From a virus, in the IMG/VR virus record IMGVR_UViG_3300045988_011313, positions 1 to 64,000 of that record: a DNA stretch of 64,000 nucleotides; one strand, written 5' to 3'. Made by a program: the position numbers and the translations under genes. Of this stretch, positions 10,861 to 20,693 are shown piece after piece; within the stretch, counting starts at the first letter, position 1, and each line of letters opens with the position of its first letter. The notes under the pieces are model-generated. The model was not told where the DNA came from. It did not search any database and was given only the letters and a program-made list of their open reading frames with translations.

Positions 10861-11541
10861 CTATTTAGATGCTACTTCTGACAATTCATCCTTTGCATCA
10901 TTGGTCTCATCCTTAGGTCTATATTCAGCACCTAATAGCTCCTTGACTACAAGCTCAATCATTGGAGGGACTAATGCAGATTCTATAGGAAACTCTCTAT
11001 CTAATATATCACATGCTTTATCTTCCTTACATTGTAATTCTGAAGCAGCAACTGCATCTTCAAATATACCTGTCATTCTTGCCTTTTCAAGATACAAGTA
11101 CTGTGGATTGAAAGACTTAAAATATAGGTAATTATCTGGACCAATAGAAGCATAGATGATATTTTTCAAATACTTATTATATCCTACATATCTCATCCTT
11201 TCCCTACTTACATAGGTAATCTCTCCTTGATAATAATCAATTGGGTATATTTTAGGATTGCCTACCTTCATTAGGAAAGGTATCTTCTCCTTACTTCTTA
11301 GATAAGAACCACCTTCACAAGGCTCACCTGATATAGCAGGTACCTCAATTAAATCCAAGCATATAGTCTGATAGTTACTCTCAGGTATCTGCTTCTTTAC
11401 ATCTGAATATTTTTGCTTCAAGAGGAATGTTCTATATTTCCCTAATAGGAATATTATATGTTCTTCAGTATATGAAGCATCATCAGAATAAAGTTTCAAT
11501 TCATCAAGGCACATATATATTAGTTCTTTATAAGTACTCAT
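10861..11541 (-). CDS. hypothetical structural-module protein (226 aa)
   Basis: ORF preceded by a promoter motif at 11575-11608, in the operon with the tail genes. Confidence 0.45.
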   Translation of the reverse strand: MSTYKELIYMCLDELKLYSDDASYTEEHIIFLLGKYRTFLLKQKYSDVKKQIPESNYQTICLDLIEVPAISGEPCEGGSYLRSKEKIPFLMKVGNPKIYPIDYYQGEITYVSRERMRYVGYNKYLKNIIYASIGPDNYLYFKSFNPQYLYLEKARMTGIFEDAVAASELQCKEDKACDILDREFPIESALVPPMIELVVKELLGAEYRPKDETNDAKDELSEVASK

Positions 11542-11574
11542 AATTTTATTTATTAATTATAACTAAAAATCCCT

Positions 11575-11608
11575 GCAAATATAAGCATAATTTCTTATAT
11601 TTGCAAGG
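11575..11608 (-). promoter_or_regulatory. Bacteroidota-type promoter (-33 TTGC / -7 TAtaTTTGCA)
   Basis: The reverse complement reads ccTTGCaaatataagaaattatgctTATATTTGCAggg, about 35 nt upstream of the ATG at 11541. Confidence 0.6.
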
Positions 11609-11628
11609 ACTTTAATTATTTTATTATA

Positions 11629-12045
11629 CTATTTAATAGATTTACTAATATCTATATTAGGAATTTCTTCCCCATTTAAATCTCCTTTTATAACCCGAGT
11701 TTTCTTAATTTCATTAATATTATCTATAACTTTGCTTATATCCTCTTTATTCTTTTTCATCATATAAGCAAGTTCAGATATACTACCTAAATTCAAATTA
11801 TTCATAGTTAAATACTCTGGATAAGGTATAAGACATGATTTACCAAATAGACAATATAAGGACCTTTCTATATGCCTATAATCATCTTCAGTTATATAAC
11901 CATAAAAGTCATTATAAACAAAGTCTCTTATAAGTATTAGATATAGAATATTATATACTTTATCATAATTTACATACCCAAACTTAGATAGCATGCTAAA
12001 ATATCTGCTTATTGCAGTATACACCACATTATCCATAACATCCAC
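11629..12045 (-). CDS. hypothetical protein (138 aa)
   Basis: ORF on the coding strand overlapping the upstream gene by 17 nt. No motif recognised. Confidence 0.45.
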   Translation of the reverse strand: MDVMDNVVYTAISRYFSMLSKFGYVNYDKVYNILYLILIRDFVYNDFYGYITEDDYRHIERSLYCLFGKSCLIPYPEYLTMNNLNLGSISELAYMMKKNKEDISKVIDNINEIKKTRVIKGDLNGEEIPNIDISKSIK

Positions 12046-12589
12046 AACTTATACTATTAGGTGTATTACCTATACCTTTAATAAACTTATTATAGTATTT
12101 TATAGCTTCTGTATAGTGACCTGTAATTACACTAATCTCAAAAGCTTGAAATCTTAGATACTTATCTATAAAATTCTTAGGCATAGTACAATCATTACTA
12201 ACTTCTTTCACATATTGCATCATGCCACTATATATAGGATATTTATTAAGTACAGTACCTAATGTGATTAAATTATCCATACCACATGGAGTATCTATAG
12301 ATGGAGTACCCTTGGTTTTGACATACACAAAGAAAAGATTGTCATTAAGAGCTGGTAATAGGTCCCCTGTTCCCAGTTCTAATCTGACTGACTTAGTATT
12401 CCCTTCTATAACTTTTGTATATACAACTTTACTACTTGGACCAGACTCAACAAAAGTATCTTGAGTATCTATCTGTATAGCATCAAGATATACATTTGTG
12501 TAATATTCTAAGTCTTTGACTGCTATGTCTATAATCAGGTTTTTCCCATTAGGGGTTATTCTTAACTCTTGAAATTGTACCATAATCAA
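12029..12589 (-). CDS. hypothetical structural-module protein (186 aa)
   Basis: ORF on the coding strand directly downstream of a terminator. No motif recognised. Confidence 0.45.
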   Translation of the reverse strand: MIMVQFQELRITPNGKNLIIDIAVKDLEYYTNVYLDAIQIDTQDTFVESGPSSKVVYTKVIEGNTKSVRLELGTGDLLPALNDNLFFVYVKTKGTPSIDTPCGMDNLITLGTVLNKYPIYSGMMQYVKEVSNDCTMPKNFIDKYLRFQAFEISVITGHYTEAIKYYNKFIKGIGNTPNSISCGCYG

Positions 12590-12596
12590 ATGTTTA

Positions 12597-12630
12597 CATA
12601 AAAAGAAAGGGAGGCTATTAAGTCTCCCTT
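12597..12630 (-). terminator. rho-independent terminator after 12642..13667
   Basis: Minus-sense hairpin aagggag-N10-ctccctt followed by TCTTTTTAT. Confidence 0.65.
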
Positions 12631-12641
12631 ATAAATCTTAT

Positions 12642-13667
12642 TTAGCCCGCAGAAGTATCAAGGGCAGCTATAGTTAGACCTGTTGCAGCATTAATAGCTG
12701 TTATAATGCTATTAGCAAGGACATTACTTGCTTTATTATTAGCACCTACCTTTGGTACCACAAGAGTAATTGTCTTTTCAGACTTCTGAACTGACTCATT
12801 GCTACCTACATAAGCATAGTGTATATCAATCACATTATACTTAACAGTTGGGTCTACAAGATAAGTAGTAGGAATGTTGTTAGGGTAACCAGTACCTCTA
12901 TACATATCACCTCTTTCACCCATGCAGAAGTACTCAAGGTCTGCAATCTTCTTGCCATTAGCAATAGTACCAGCAGGGTCAGTCTCTTCTACCTTGCCCC
13001 AAACTCTCTCATCACCATCTACAGTAACTGGGACAGGCTGTACTTCAAAATATACAGGAGTCTGCTCCATGATACCAAGTCTCCAAGGCTGCTCAACCTC
13101 ATCAATAACAAGAGCTTTATAAGTCTCAGTTAGAGAACTCTCCTTTGTAGTAGCATCAACAGGAACTGCTTCATCATCAGAGTTTGTCAAGATAAATTTA
13201 ACAAGAGGGACTGTCTCTCTACTAAAATTCTTAGCCAATGATAGAGCTAGCTTCTTATAGAAGTCTGAAGCTGTCATGCCTGCATAAGCATGTACCATGC
13301 CATACTTGAAGTACTGGTATTCATCAGACATACCTACATATTGCTTGAATACAATTCTTAGGATATAGTCCTGTCCAGCTACAGGAGCACCTGCATTTAC
13401 TTCACTATCAAGAGTTACTGTAACTGCCTTCAACTCATGTGCCATATCATCAGCATCAGTAGCCTTAGCATAAAGGATATTCTTGATGTCAATTAAGTCA
13501 CTTCTCATCAAGTTGTCAGCACCCTTGTACTCAAAATATAGATGATTCTTTGCAGTGTCACTCTTTACTGCAATAGAGCCAGCAGCATCTGCTGCAAGTA
13601 CATGAGGACTCTTTAGTTCCTTTGCCACATAAAGCTGTCTTACTTGGTTTGTTGAAAAAACACTCAT
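12642..13667 (-). CDS. probably abundant virion structural protein (341 aa; capsid-auxiliary or tail component)
   Basis: ORF bracketed by a TAaaTTTG -7-like box (13688-13695) and a strong terminator, the pattern expected of a highly expressed structural gene. Function is inferred. Confidence 0.45.
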   Translation of the reverse strand: MSVFSTNQVRQLYVAKELKSPHVLAADAAGSIAVKSDTAKNHLYFEYKGADNLMRSDLIDIKNILYAKATDADDMAHELKAVTVTLDSEVNAGAPVAGQDYILRIVFKQYVGMSDEYQYFKYGMVHAYAGMTASDFYKKLALSLAKNFSRETVPLVKFILTNSDDEAVPVDATTKESSLTETYKALVIDEVEQPWRLGIMEQTPVYFEVQPVPVTVDGDERVWGKVEETDPAGTIANGKKIADLEYFCMGERGDMYRGTGYPNNIPTTYLVDPTVKYNVIDIHYAYVGSNESVQKSEKTITLVVPKVGANNKASNVLANSIITAINAATGLTIAALDTSAG

Positions 13668-13692
13668 AATTATAATTATTTAGTTTACAAAT

Positions 13693-14400
13693 TTATTCTT
13701 TTCCTGTATTTGGAACCCTACTCATGATGGCAAGTTTTACTGCTCTCTCAAGTATAGCTCTATGTACTACAGGGTTCAATTCACATTCTGTTTTTACACT
13801 TATGCCATTGATTGACAGGTTATCTGTCAAATCAGTTAATATAATGGGAGCAGGTCTTGAAAGGTATCTGACAAGATAACTCTCCACATTATACTTTGAT
13901 ACTATCTCTACTACCTTACCACTCAAATCAAGTCTCAAAGCTCTTCTTTCATTAGTACCTCTGAAAGGATTTTTCCCTATTCTATGATACTCATCTTGAG
14001 TAATTGGTATTACAGAGATGTCTTCACCACTCATACATCCTAATCCATCATCTTTCAAATTAACTGATTCATAGGTTATGAACCATAAGTCATCAGGTAA
14101 TTCAAAGAATACCGAGGATTTGGATAGTCCTGTATATCCTACTTTCTTGTCAGTAGTTGTGTAAGTCTTTATTAGGTCACTCAAATATCTTCTGATTTCC
14201 TCAGTCCTCTCAAATGAGTCTCCAAATGGATTCTTACCATTATACATACCTATCACTATCTCTTCTTGAGCACTAGTGAGAAATACAGATTTCTCATATT
14301 CATCAAGTTCAATAGTGCTTGGTGTCTTTCCAAATGCCTCTATAGTAGAGTAGCTATTCAGCAAGGTGTCAAACTCATTAGAAAATTCTTCAGTTGTCAT
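13693..14400 (-). CDS. head-tail connector/adaptor-like protein, paralogue B (235 aa)
   Basis: Shares the N-terminus MTTEEFSNEFDTLLNSY, the motif YEKSVFLT.AQ and the C-terminal motif ECELNP..H..ILERAV.LA with the adjacent gene. Position between capsid and tail genes. Confidence 0.45.
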   Translation of the reverse strand: MTTEEFSNEFDTLLNSYSTIEAFGKTPSTIELDEYEKSVFLTSAQEEIVIGMYNGKNPFGDSFERTEEIRRYLSDLIKTYTTTDKKVGYTGLSKSSVFFELPDDLWFITYESVNLKDDGLGCMSGEDISVIPITQDEYHRIGKNPFRGTNERRALRLDLSGKVVEIVSKYNVESYLVRYLSRPAPIILTDLTDNLSINGISVKTECELNPVVHRAILERAVKLAIMSRVPNTGKE

Positions 14401-15134
14401 TATTCAGTTCTTTGACCAAGTTCTACACTACTCTTTAAGTCTCCTGTATAAGCAGACTTTGCAAGTTCTACTGCTCTTTGAAGAATCTCTGGATGAAGAA
14501 TAGGGTCTAATTCACATTCTGTGATATTATTTAATCCTTCAATAGATATATTAGAATACTCATCAGCCAGATTTGCAAGTATAATAGGCTTTGGTCTCTT
14601 TACATATCTAATCTTGTAGTCAGTCAAAGTGCTATTATATTTAATAACTACCTCAGAGATGAAATCAACTCCACCAGTAGACTGGAATAATCTCCAACCT
14701 TGATTCTTTAAAGGCTGCTTCCAAGGTTTAGACATGAGTCTTGCATACTCTTCATAATTCATAGGAACTATACTAATCAGCCTCTTAACCTTATCTACAG
14801 TATTAATGCCCGTCTCATTCAATACAAGTAGAATATCTGAGGGCATTTTATAAAGCTGGCTCCTATCATCAAACTTAACATAGCCATCTGTAGGAGTATA
14901 TAGTGACGGTCTAGCCACAGTTATTAAGGTAGAGAAATCTATCTGTCTCTTGGCATTCTCATCAAATCCCTGTCCATACTTATTACCCTTAGGATTGAAG
15001 TAATTCTTCAATATCTCCAATTGAGCCTTAGTTAGGAAGACAGACTTCTCATACTCATCAAGACCTGGAGCCTGATTGCTCATTATATTGTTATACAGAA
15101 CATCAAATTCATTAGAAAATTCCTGTGTTGTCAT
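14400..15134 (-). CDS. head-tail connector/adaptor-like protein, paralogue A (244 aa)
   Basis: MTTQEFSNEFDVLYNNI..., tandem paralogue of 13693..14400. Its first stop-codon base (14400) is the upstream gene's start A. Confidence 0.45.
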   Translation of the reverse strand: MTTQEFSNEFDVLYNNIMSNQAPGLDEYEKSVFLTKAQLEILKNYFNPKGNKYGQGFDENAKRQIDFSTLITVARPSLYTPTDGYVKFDDRSQLYKMPSDILLVLNETGINTVDKVKRLISIVPMNYEEYARLMSKPWKQPLKNQGWRLFQSTGGVDFISEVVIKYNSTLTDYKIRYVKRPKPIILANLADEYSNISIEGLNNITECELDPILHPEILQRAVELAKSAYTGDLKSSVELGQRTE

Positions 15135-15141
15135 ACTTTTT

Positions 15142-16164
15142 CTACTTCAGCTTAGCTTCCAAAGCAAATTTAACTTCTTGATGCTTAGGAGAGTTTAAGT
15201 ATTTAGCTGCTACATTCAATGTAGGCTCTTCATTAGCCTCACAAAGTGGAGTATTATCCTTTCTCAAGTATAGGTAATTACCTCTATTAGAAATCAGACC
15301 TGCTTCTATAGCTCTCTTGATAAGAACCTTTGTAGAAAGCATTGGGTCAGTAATAACCTTCAAGAATATCTTACTATCAGCCTGTATTAGGCTATTAACC
15401 TTAGTCTGTAAGAACTCAAGTTTAGCAGTCTGTGATGTAGGTCTACCATCAATAGTCTCAACAATAACTCTTAATGTGTCAATATCATCCTCAATCTTAC
15501 CAAACTCTTTATAGCACATCATTGTAGTGCTCATGTTGTTCTTAGCAACCTTAGTCTCTTCACCCTCAGAAATGATAACAAACTGGTAAGTAGCCTTAGG
15601 GGTATCTTGCAATGCTTGCAGTGAAGGAGCAATATAATCTTTGTTAGCTAATAGTATCTTGTATCTGATGTAATCCTCTGGGTCAGATAGATTGAAATAG
15701 TTATCCTGCTTTGTCAATCTTACCTTATTGATGCCATTCTCATTGGAATCATCCCAGAAGTTGTCTACTTTCTTATAGATACTTAGTGCATTATATTCAA
15801 GACCCATTATTTCCTCAAGAAATGCCTTTTCCTTGTCTGTAAGGATATTAACAAACATACCTGAAGATAATCTTGGTACTACAAATGTTCTAACTGCACC
15901 TTCTGCCATACCTCCTGACAATACATGCTTAGGGTTATTGCCCCACATACCTGTCAGCTTAGGTACATGTCTTACAATAATTCTCTCATTTCTCAGACAA
16001 CTAACTAAGGTATCATCAGATACCTCTACTTTCTTTTGTGTCTCCTTAGGGCTTTTTATAGTAGTCTCCTCTTTTGGTACTTCCTGAAGTGGAGTCTCTG
16101 TATTGTCTATATCAAAGTCAGGTAGAGTATAATCCACCTTCTCTTCCATTTCCTTTTTTGCCAT
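15142..16164 (-). CDS. capsid-module protein (340 aa)
   Basis: ORF immediately downstream of the MCP terminator. Acidic N-terminus. No motif recognised. Confidence 0.4.
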   Translation of the reverse strand: MAKKEMEEKVDYTLPDFDIDNTETPLQEVPKEETTIKSPKETQKKVEVSDDTLVSCLRNERIIVRHVPKLTGMWGNNPKHVLSGGMAEGAVRTFVVPRLSSGMFVNILTDKEKAFLEEIMGLEYNALSIYKKVDNFWDDSNENGINKVRLTKQDNYFNLSDPEDYIRYKILLANKDYIAPSLQALQDTPKATYQFVIISEGEETKVAKNNMSTTMMCYKEFGKIEDDIDTLRVIVETIDGRPTSQTAKLEFLQTKVNSLIQADSKIFLKVITDPMLSTKVLIKRAIEAGLISNRGNYLYLRKDNTPLCEANEEPTLNVAAKYLNSPKHQEVKFALEAKLK

Positions 16165-16184
16165 ATCTTCTCCTTAATTATATT

Positions 16185-16229
16185 AAATAAAATAAGGAAA
16201 GCAGGAGTTTATCCTACTTTCCTTTTTTA
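16185..16229 (-). terminator. rho-independent (bidirectional-looking) terminator after the major capsid gene
   Basis: Hairpin aggaaag-N15-ctttcct flanked by a T-run in both orientations. Confidence 0.65.
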
Positions 16230-16232
16230 TCA

Positions 16233-17744
16233 TTAACCCTGTAGGATTGCAGGTATTAGTGACATAGTTCTTGTTGGGTCAAGGACACAGATACCAAGAG
16301 TAGCCATTCTGTGAATTACAGCAGAATCCTCGTCAAATGACATATAAGGATTACCCTTTTGACCTGTGAATGGGTTTCTTAGACCCCATTGATAGCCTCT
16401 ATACTCATTGTCACCCTTAATCTTACACTTAAAGATATTAGGTTGGTCCATAGTACCAATGTACATAATATCATATCTGTAAGAGAAGGCAACACCACCA
16501 TTTGGATGTTGTATCTTATTCCTTACTGGGTCATCATAGAATGGGTCTACATCTATCTTAACTCTAACACCATTAGGTGCCCTATACTCAACAAATTGGA
16601 AACCAGCACTCAATGAGTTTTGGTGCAACTTAGATTGAGTCTTTTGAATAACACCAATAGAGCTGTTGTCAAGAACAAACTGTGTCCAACCTGATACTGT
16701 CTTTAGTACTTCCTTATGGAATTGGATAGCACCTCTCTCACCAGTCTTAATCAAGAAGTATCTGTCTCCAAAGTCTAATTTAGAAGCAGAAAGCTCATAT
16801 AGAGCATCTTCAAGAAGCTTCAAGCTAAATGTGTTGTAATACATAGTATTAGCAACTTCCATCTGCTCAAACAGACCAGCACCTGTCTTAATAACATTAC
16901 CAGACTTGCCAAAGTTCATATACTCACCATTGGCATTTCTGTTGCTTCTACCAAATGCAAGTGCATTGTTCTTATACTCAGAGAATTGCTGCTCTACTTC
17001 CCAGTCTACATTGTGCATCCACATTGTAGCAACTGACTTAGTATATCTACCCTCAGTTTCCTTAACAATAGGAATACCTACAGCCAGCTTTTTATTCAAC
17101 ATAGAGCCTGGAACCTTATGTTGGATTCTTACTACAGACCACTCATTTCTCATAGAAACAGGGCTTGTAAATCTTACATCACCAACCTTTCTTGAAAGTT
17201 CCTTCTCAACAAATGCAGCCTCAACTGAGAATCTCTCACCTGCAAGCAATCTTTCAGCAGGAACACCTGCTGTATTACCACCAGCAAGCTCTACCTTATA
17301 CACTGCATTAGTACCCTCCATTCTTGGGTCTCCAAGTATTCTGAACTGATAGACTTCATTCAGATTACCTACAATGTACTCACCATCAGCAAACCAATCC
17401 TCAGGGAATACTAAATAGAAAGGAGCAGTGCCTACTCCAATCATACCACTGGCATCTGTAACAACAATACCATTTTCATCTCTTGCTTCTACAAGAGGAA
17501 TGTTTCTCCTTGAAGAACCAATAACATCCCAGTAGTACTCATTATCATCCTCAAACTCTTTTGTTGGGAATTGATTTAGGAATGTGTCAAGTGTCTTTCC
17601 TCTGTAATAAGCCAACAGTTGCACCATTAGGTTTGTAGCCTTCTGTGGAGCTAACTGAAAGATAGAACCAAGGTGATTTTCCTTAGTAAGACCCTTCCAG
17701 TGTTGGAAGCCTACCATTTGAAACTTGCCTAATTTTCCAGCCAT
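16233..17744 (-). CDS. major capsid protein (503 aa)
   Basis: About 500 aa ORF directly after an acidic scaffold-like gene and followed by a terminator. Size and order match crAss-like MCPs. No homology search was possible. Confidence 0.65.
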   Translation of the reverse strand: MAGKLGKFQMVGFQHWKGLTKENHLGSIFQLAPQKATNLMVQLLAYYRGKTLDTFLNQFPTKEFEDDNEYYWDVIGSSRRNIPLVEARDENGIVVTDASGMIGVGTAPFYLVFPEDWFADGEYIVGNLNEVYQFRILGDPRMEGTNAVYKVELAGGNTAGVPAERLLAGERFSVEAAFVEKELSRKVGDVRFTSPVSMRNEWSVVRIQHKVPGSMLNKKLAVGIPIVKETEGRYTKSVATMWMHNVDWEVEQQFSEYKNNALAFGRSNRNANGEYMNFGKSGNVIKTGAGLFEQMEVANTMYYNTFSLKLLEDALYELSASKLDFGDRYFLIKTGERGAIQFHKEVLKTVSGWTQFVLDNSSIGVIQKTQSKLHQNSLSAGFQFVEYRAPNGVRVKIDVDPFYDDPVRNKIQHPNGGVAFSYRYDIMYIGTMDQPNIFKCKIKGDNEYRGYQWGLRNPFTGQKGNPYMSFDEDSAVIHRMATLGICVLDPTRTMSLIPAILQG

Positions 17745-17786
17745 TTTTACTTAAATTTATCAGTTATTTTACTCTATATTATAGGC

Positions 17787-18953
17787 TTAGACATCAAGGT
17801 TCCACCCTTTACCAATAAAGGATTCAGGGTCCTCATCAACTCCACTCACAAACTTTAGATTACCATCTGAGGTTCTTGCTGTGTTGTTGAGAGTATGTTC
17901 CAGCTCTCTAAGACCTTTCTTTACTTCTTTCTTTACTTTACCTTTCACCAAACCATCAAGGTTCTTAAAGCCATCAGTTAGTGTGAAAAGTAACCCAACG
18001 TTCTTTAGGAAGTCTGTCCTGTTCTCCATCTCATACTTTTGGATAGCAGTAAAGTACTCTCCTGTCTCTGGGTCTTTATACACAGGCTTAGCTATATTAT
18101 CATAAATCTTCTGTCTTGTGGATTTATCCACTGATAAATCCCCAAATACATCCTTGTCATTAAGGATTGATGATTTAAGATTTTCAGCCTGTTCCTTTCT
18201 TTCTCTCTCTTCCTCTTCTGCTTCTGACTTAGCATCATTGACAAGCCCATCATACTTATCTCTGAAGAAGTCAATATTACTTTTCAAAGCCTCTTTTGCA
18301 TCATCAATATCAGTACCAGCATTGAAAGACTTCTGTACTTCTCTTGTAGCTCTTTCCTTACTATAACCTCTATTGATAAAGTCTTGATAAATTAGGTCTT
18401 TTCTAAGTTTCTCTCCCTTATCACCTTCATCAGAGATATTCTCTTCCTTAATAGAATCAAGGAAGTTTATGGTATTCTCATACTTTCTAATCTCTGTAGG
18501 TTCAACTCCAGCATTCAAGGCTTCATCAATTCTTTTCTGTCTTTCATCAAGACCTGCCTTTATCTGTTGGTCAATCAAATCTCTAAAGTCTTCAGGGTCT
18601 TTAACCTTAGATAAGCCATCATCATCAAGGTCTGGGAAGATACCTTCCTCTTTCAAGGCTTTGGCAATGGAAGAGTAGAAGTTTTTGGGAGAAGTGCCAT
18701 CCCCTTTAGGAGTGGTATCTTCCTTTTCCTCTGTATTTTCTTTTCCACTACCTACGCTCTCTGGTGTATCAGTAAACAAGTTATCTACATCAACAACCTC
18801 AGTAGTTTCTTCTTCATTCTTACTTGGCTCCTCCTCTTTCTTAGGAGGTTCCCCATTTGCAGGTGGGGTATCCTGTGTCTCACCATCTTCTACAAACAGA
18901 TTCTCAATCTCCTCTGCTCCTAAGATGTTATCTACGCTAAGTTCTTCTTCCAT
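17787..18953 (-). CDS. scaffolding-like protein (388 aa, highly acidic, coiled-coil)
   Basis: Glu/Asp/Lys-rich low-complexity N-terminus (PPKKEEEPSKNEEETTE) and helical repeats. Located immediately upstream of the MCP with its own promoter motif. Confidence 0.5.
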   Translation of the reverse strand: MEEELSVDNILGAEEIENLFVEDGETQDTPPANGEPPKKEEEPSKNEEETTEVVDVDNLFTDTPESVGSGKENTEEKEDTTPKGDGTSPKNFYSSIAKALKEEGIFPDLDDDGLSKVKDPEDFRDLIDQQIKAGLDERQKRIDEALNAGVEPTEIRKYENTINFLDSIKEENISDEGDKGEKLRKDLIYQDFINRGYSKERATREVQKSFNAGTDIDDAKEALKSNIDFFRDKYDGLVNDAKSEAEEEERERKEQAENLKSSILNDKDVFGDLSVDKSTRQKIYDNIAKPVYKDPETGEYFTAIQKYEMENRTDFLKNVGLLFTLTDGFKNLDGLVKGKVKKEVKKGLRELEHTLNNTARTSDGNLKFVSGVDEDPESFIGKGWNLDV

Positions 18954-18983
18954 ACTCTTCTACCTTATTGTTCTTAAAACAGT

Positions 18984-19016
18984 GCAAAGGTAATTAAAGT
19001 TTTGCATATCTGCAAC
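18984..19016 (-). promoter_or_regulatory. Bacteroidota-type promoter (-33 TTGC / -7 TAccTTTGCA)
   Basis: The reverse complement reads gTTGCagatatgcaaaactttaatTACCTTTGCAc, upstream of the ATG at 18953. Confidence 0.6.
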
Positions 19017-19067
19017 ATGGTAAATAAATTGCTTCTACCTGTATAAGTAAAATACTTGCAATATAGG

Positions 19068-19100
19068 CAAAAAGAAAGGGTAAGATTACCTCTTACCCTT
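19068..19100 (-). terminator. rho-independent terminator after 19107..19748
   Basis: Minus-sense hairpin agggtaag-N7-cttaccct followed by TTCTTTTTGCC. Confidence 0.65.
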
Positions 19101-19106
19101 ATCTTA

Positions 19107-19748
19107 TTAGTATTCTCCAAGATATTCTACTACCTTGTTTTCAGCTTTGCAATCTGCATCCTTAAACCAGAATACAATAGCAGATTCAACTATTTTCTGT
19201 TCTATACCATCACCAAACCAGTTCTTAAACAATTCTGCATAGTCATGGTACTGAGAGTTGATTGCAACATATACATCAGCAACTGTAGCAGATGTAGGAA
19301 GTATTCCCCTATATCTCTCACAAACCTCCTTTGCCTTGTGCATATCAAACTTCTCACCACTGTACTTTCTGCCATTCTCAGTATGATACATATCAGCTAC
19401 AAGATACTTAGCTTCAGATTCAGTAAAGTGTTCACTCTCTGAACCCCTCATTGAGTTCCTCATGTATCTCATCATCCTATCCATATCACCACTTCTCATG
19501 CCAGACTCATTGAATCTATCAGAGAATCTATCACCTCTTGAATCAAACATATCCATGAACTCATCAGGTCTATTATGTCTTCTCATATAGAAGTCATCCA
19601 TAGGCATAAAGTCTCCTTCTCTGTCATGCCTCATTGAACTTCTCCTATATTTACTCATAAAATCCTTGAATTTATCCATGAACTCATGCTCATTCATACC
19701 ACCCATACCCTTTTTCTTTAGGTACTCATACATCATAAGTTCATCCAT
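19107..19748 (-). CDS. hypothetical protein with Met/Arg/Asp-rich N-terminal half (213 aa)
   Basis: ORF on the coding strand. The first ~110 aa have striking M/R/D/F low complexity (MRHDREGDFMPMDDFYMRRHNRPDEFMDMFDSRGDRF). The C-terminal half looks globular. Confidence 0.5.
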   Translation of the reverse strand: MDELMMYEYLKKKGMGGMNEHEFMDKFKDFMSKYRRSSMRHDREGDFMPMDDFYMRRHNRPDEFMDMFDSRGDRFSDRFNESGMRSGDMDRMMRYMRNSMRGSESEHFTESEAKYLVADMYHTENGRKYSGEKFDMHKAKEVCERYRGILPTSATVADVYVAINSQYHDYAELFKNWFGDGIEQKIVESAIVFWFKDADCKAENKVVEYLGEY

Positions 19749-19752
19749 ATTC

Positions 19753-20133
19753 TTAGTCTTTAGTGATTAACATTTCCTTGAAAGTCTCTAAATCTGTCAT
19801 ATTCAATACCAACCTTTTATTAGTTAATGGAAGATTGAATTTAATCTCTCCTCCACCAATCTCTATGTCTCCAACAAATGAAGTCTTGAAGGTAAATGGA
19901 TTGGTAGTCATTAAATTCTCCATCATTTCAGTGAGGATGTTCTCAATGTCTATATTACCATCCTTGTCAGCTATAAGGTCTAAAGCCTTGCTTACCTTAC
20001 TAAAGTTCTTATCCAATGCTCTTGTAATAAGAGGTTTCATAAAACCAATCATAGGGCTAGTCTTAGCCATAGATTCCAACTGAAGTAAAATATAAGACTT
20101 CAGATTATCAGTCAATTGCATAATAGTCACCAT
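19753..20133 (-). CDS. hypothetical protein (126 aa)
   Basis: ORF on the coding strand with 2-4 nt spacing to its neighbours. Confidence 0.5.
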   Translation of the reverse strand: MVTIMQLTDNLKSYILLQLESMAKTSPMIGFMKPLITRALDKNFSKVSKALDLIADKDGNIDIENILTEMMENLMTTNPFTFKTSFVGDIEIGGGEIKFNLPLTNKRLVLNMTDLETFKEMLITKD

Positions 20134-20135
20134 GA

Positions 20136-20639
20136 TTACATACTTGCTTTAATAAATTCTTCATAAGTCACTTCAGGATGTGTCTTACTAAACTCCCTGA
20201 ACTTCCTAAACATTTCCATTTCCCTATTAGTCTCTTGAATAACCTTTCCTTTTAACTTCTTGACTATCTTCAATTGTCTTTGCAACAGTTCTTTACCTTC
20301 TGGAGTAGCTTCAATCCTACCTTTAACAAGGTTAAGAATCTCTGCTTGAACCATGTCCTGTATCTTAGTATAAGTATCTACATAGTCCTCATCTTGAAGC
20401 ATTCTTGTCTTCTGTTCATCTGTCATAGGGTTTATTTCAGCATCTATCTCATCCCATATCATCCTTTGTGGTACAGGCTGTTGAACAGGTTGGGCTTGTT
20501 GCCTTAGCTGCTTTGCAGCTTCAAGGTTTTGTTTATATTTCTCAATAAGCTGTAATTGCTCATCCAGACTATTGCCTACCATACTATTACCCAGTAGTGG
20601 GTCCCCTCCTCCTAATATTACTTGATTTATTGGAATCAT
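20136..20639 (-). CDS. hypothetical coiled-coil protein (167 aa)
   Basis: ORF on the coding strand with Gln/Glu/Lys-rich helices. Confidence 0.5.
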   Translation of the reverse strand: MIPINQVILGGGDPLLGNSMVGNSLDEQLQLIEKYKQNLEAAKQLRQQAQPVQQPVPQRMIWDEIDAEINPMTDEQKTRMLQDEDYVDTYTKIQDMVQAEILNLVKGRIEATPEGKELLQRQLKIVKKLKGKVIQETNREMEMFRKFREFSKTHPEVTYEEFIKASM

Positions 20640-20664
20640 ATCTATACATTTTTAAGATTAGTAT

Positions 20665-20693
20665 TGAAAAGTAAGGGGAATTACCCCCTTACT
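20665..20693 (-). terminator. rho-independent terminator after 20694..21476
   Basis: Minus-sense hairpin gtaaggggg-taatt-ccccttac followed by TTTTCAAT, abutting the stop codon. Confidence 0.6.
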
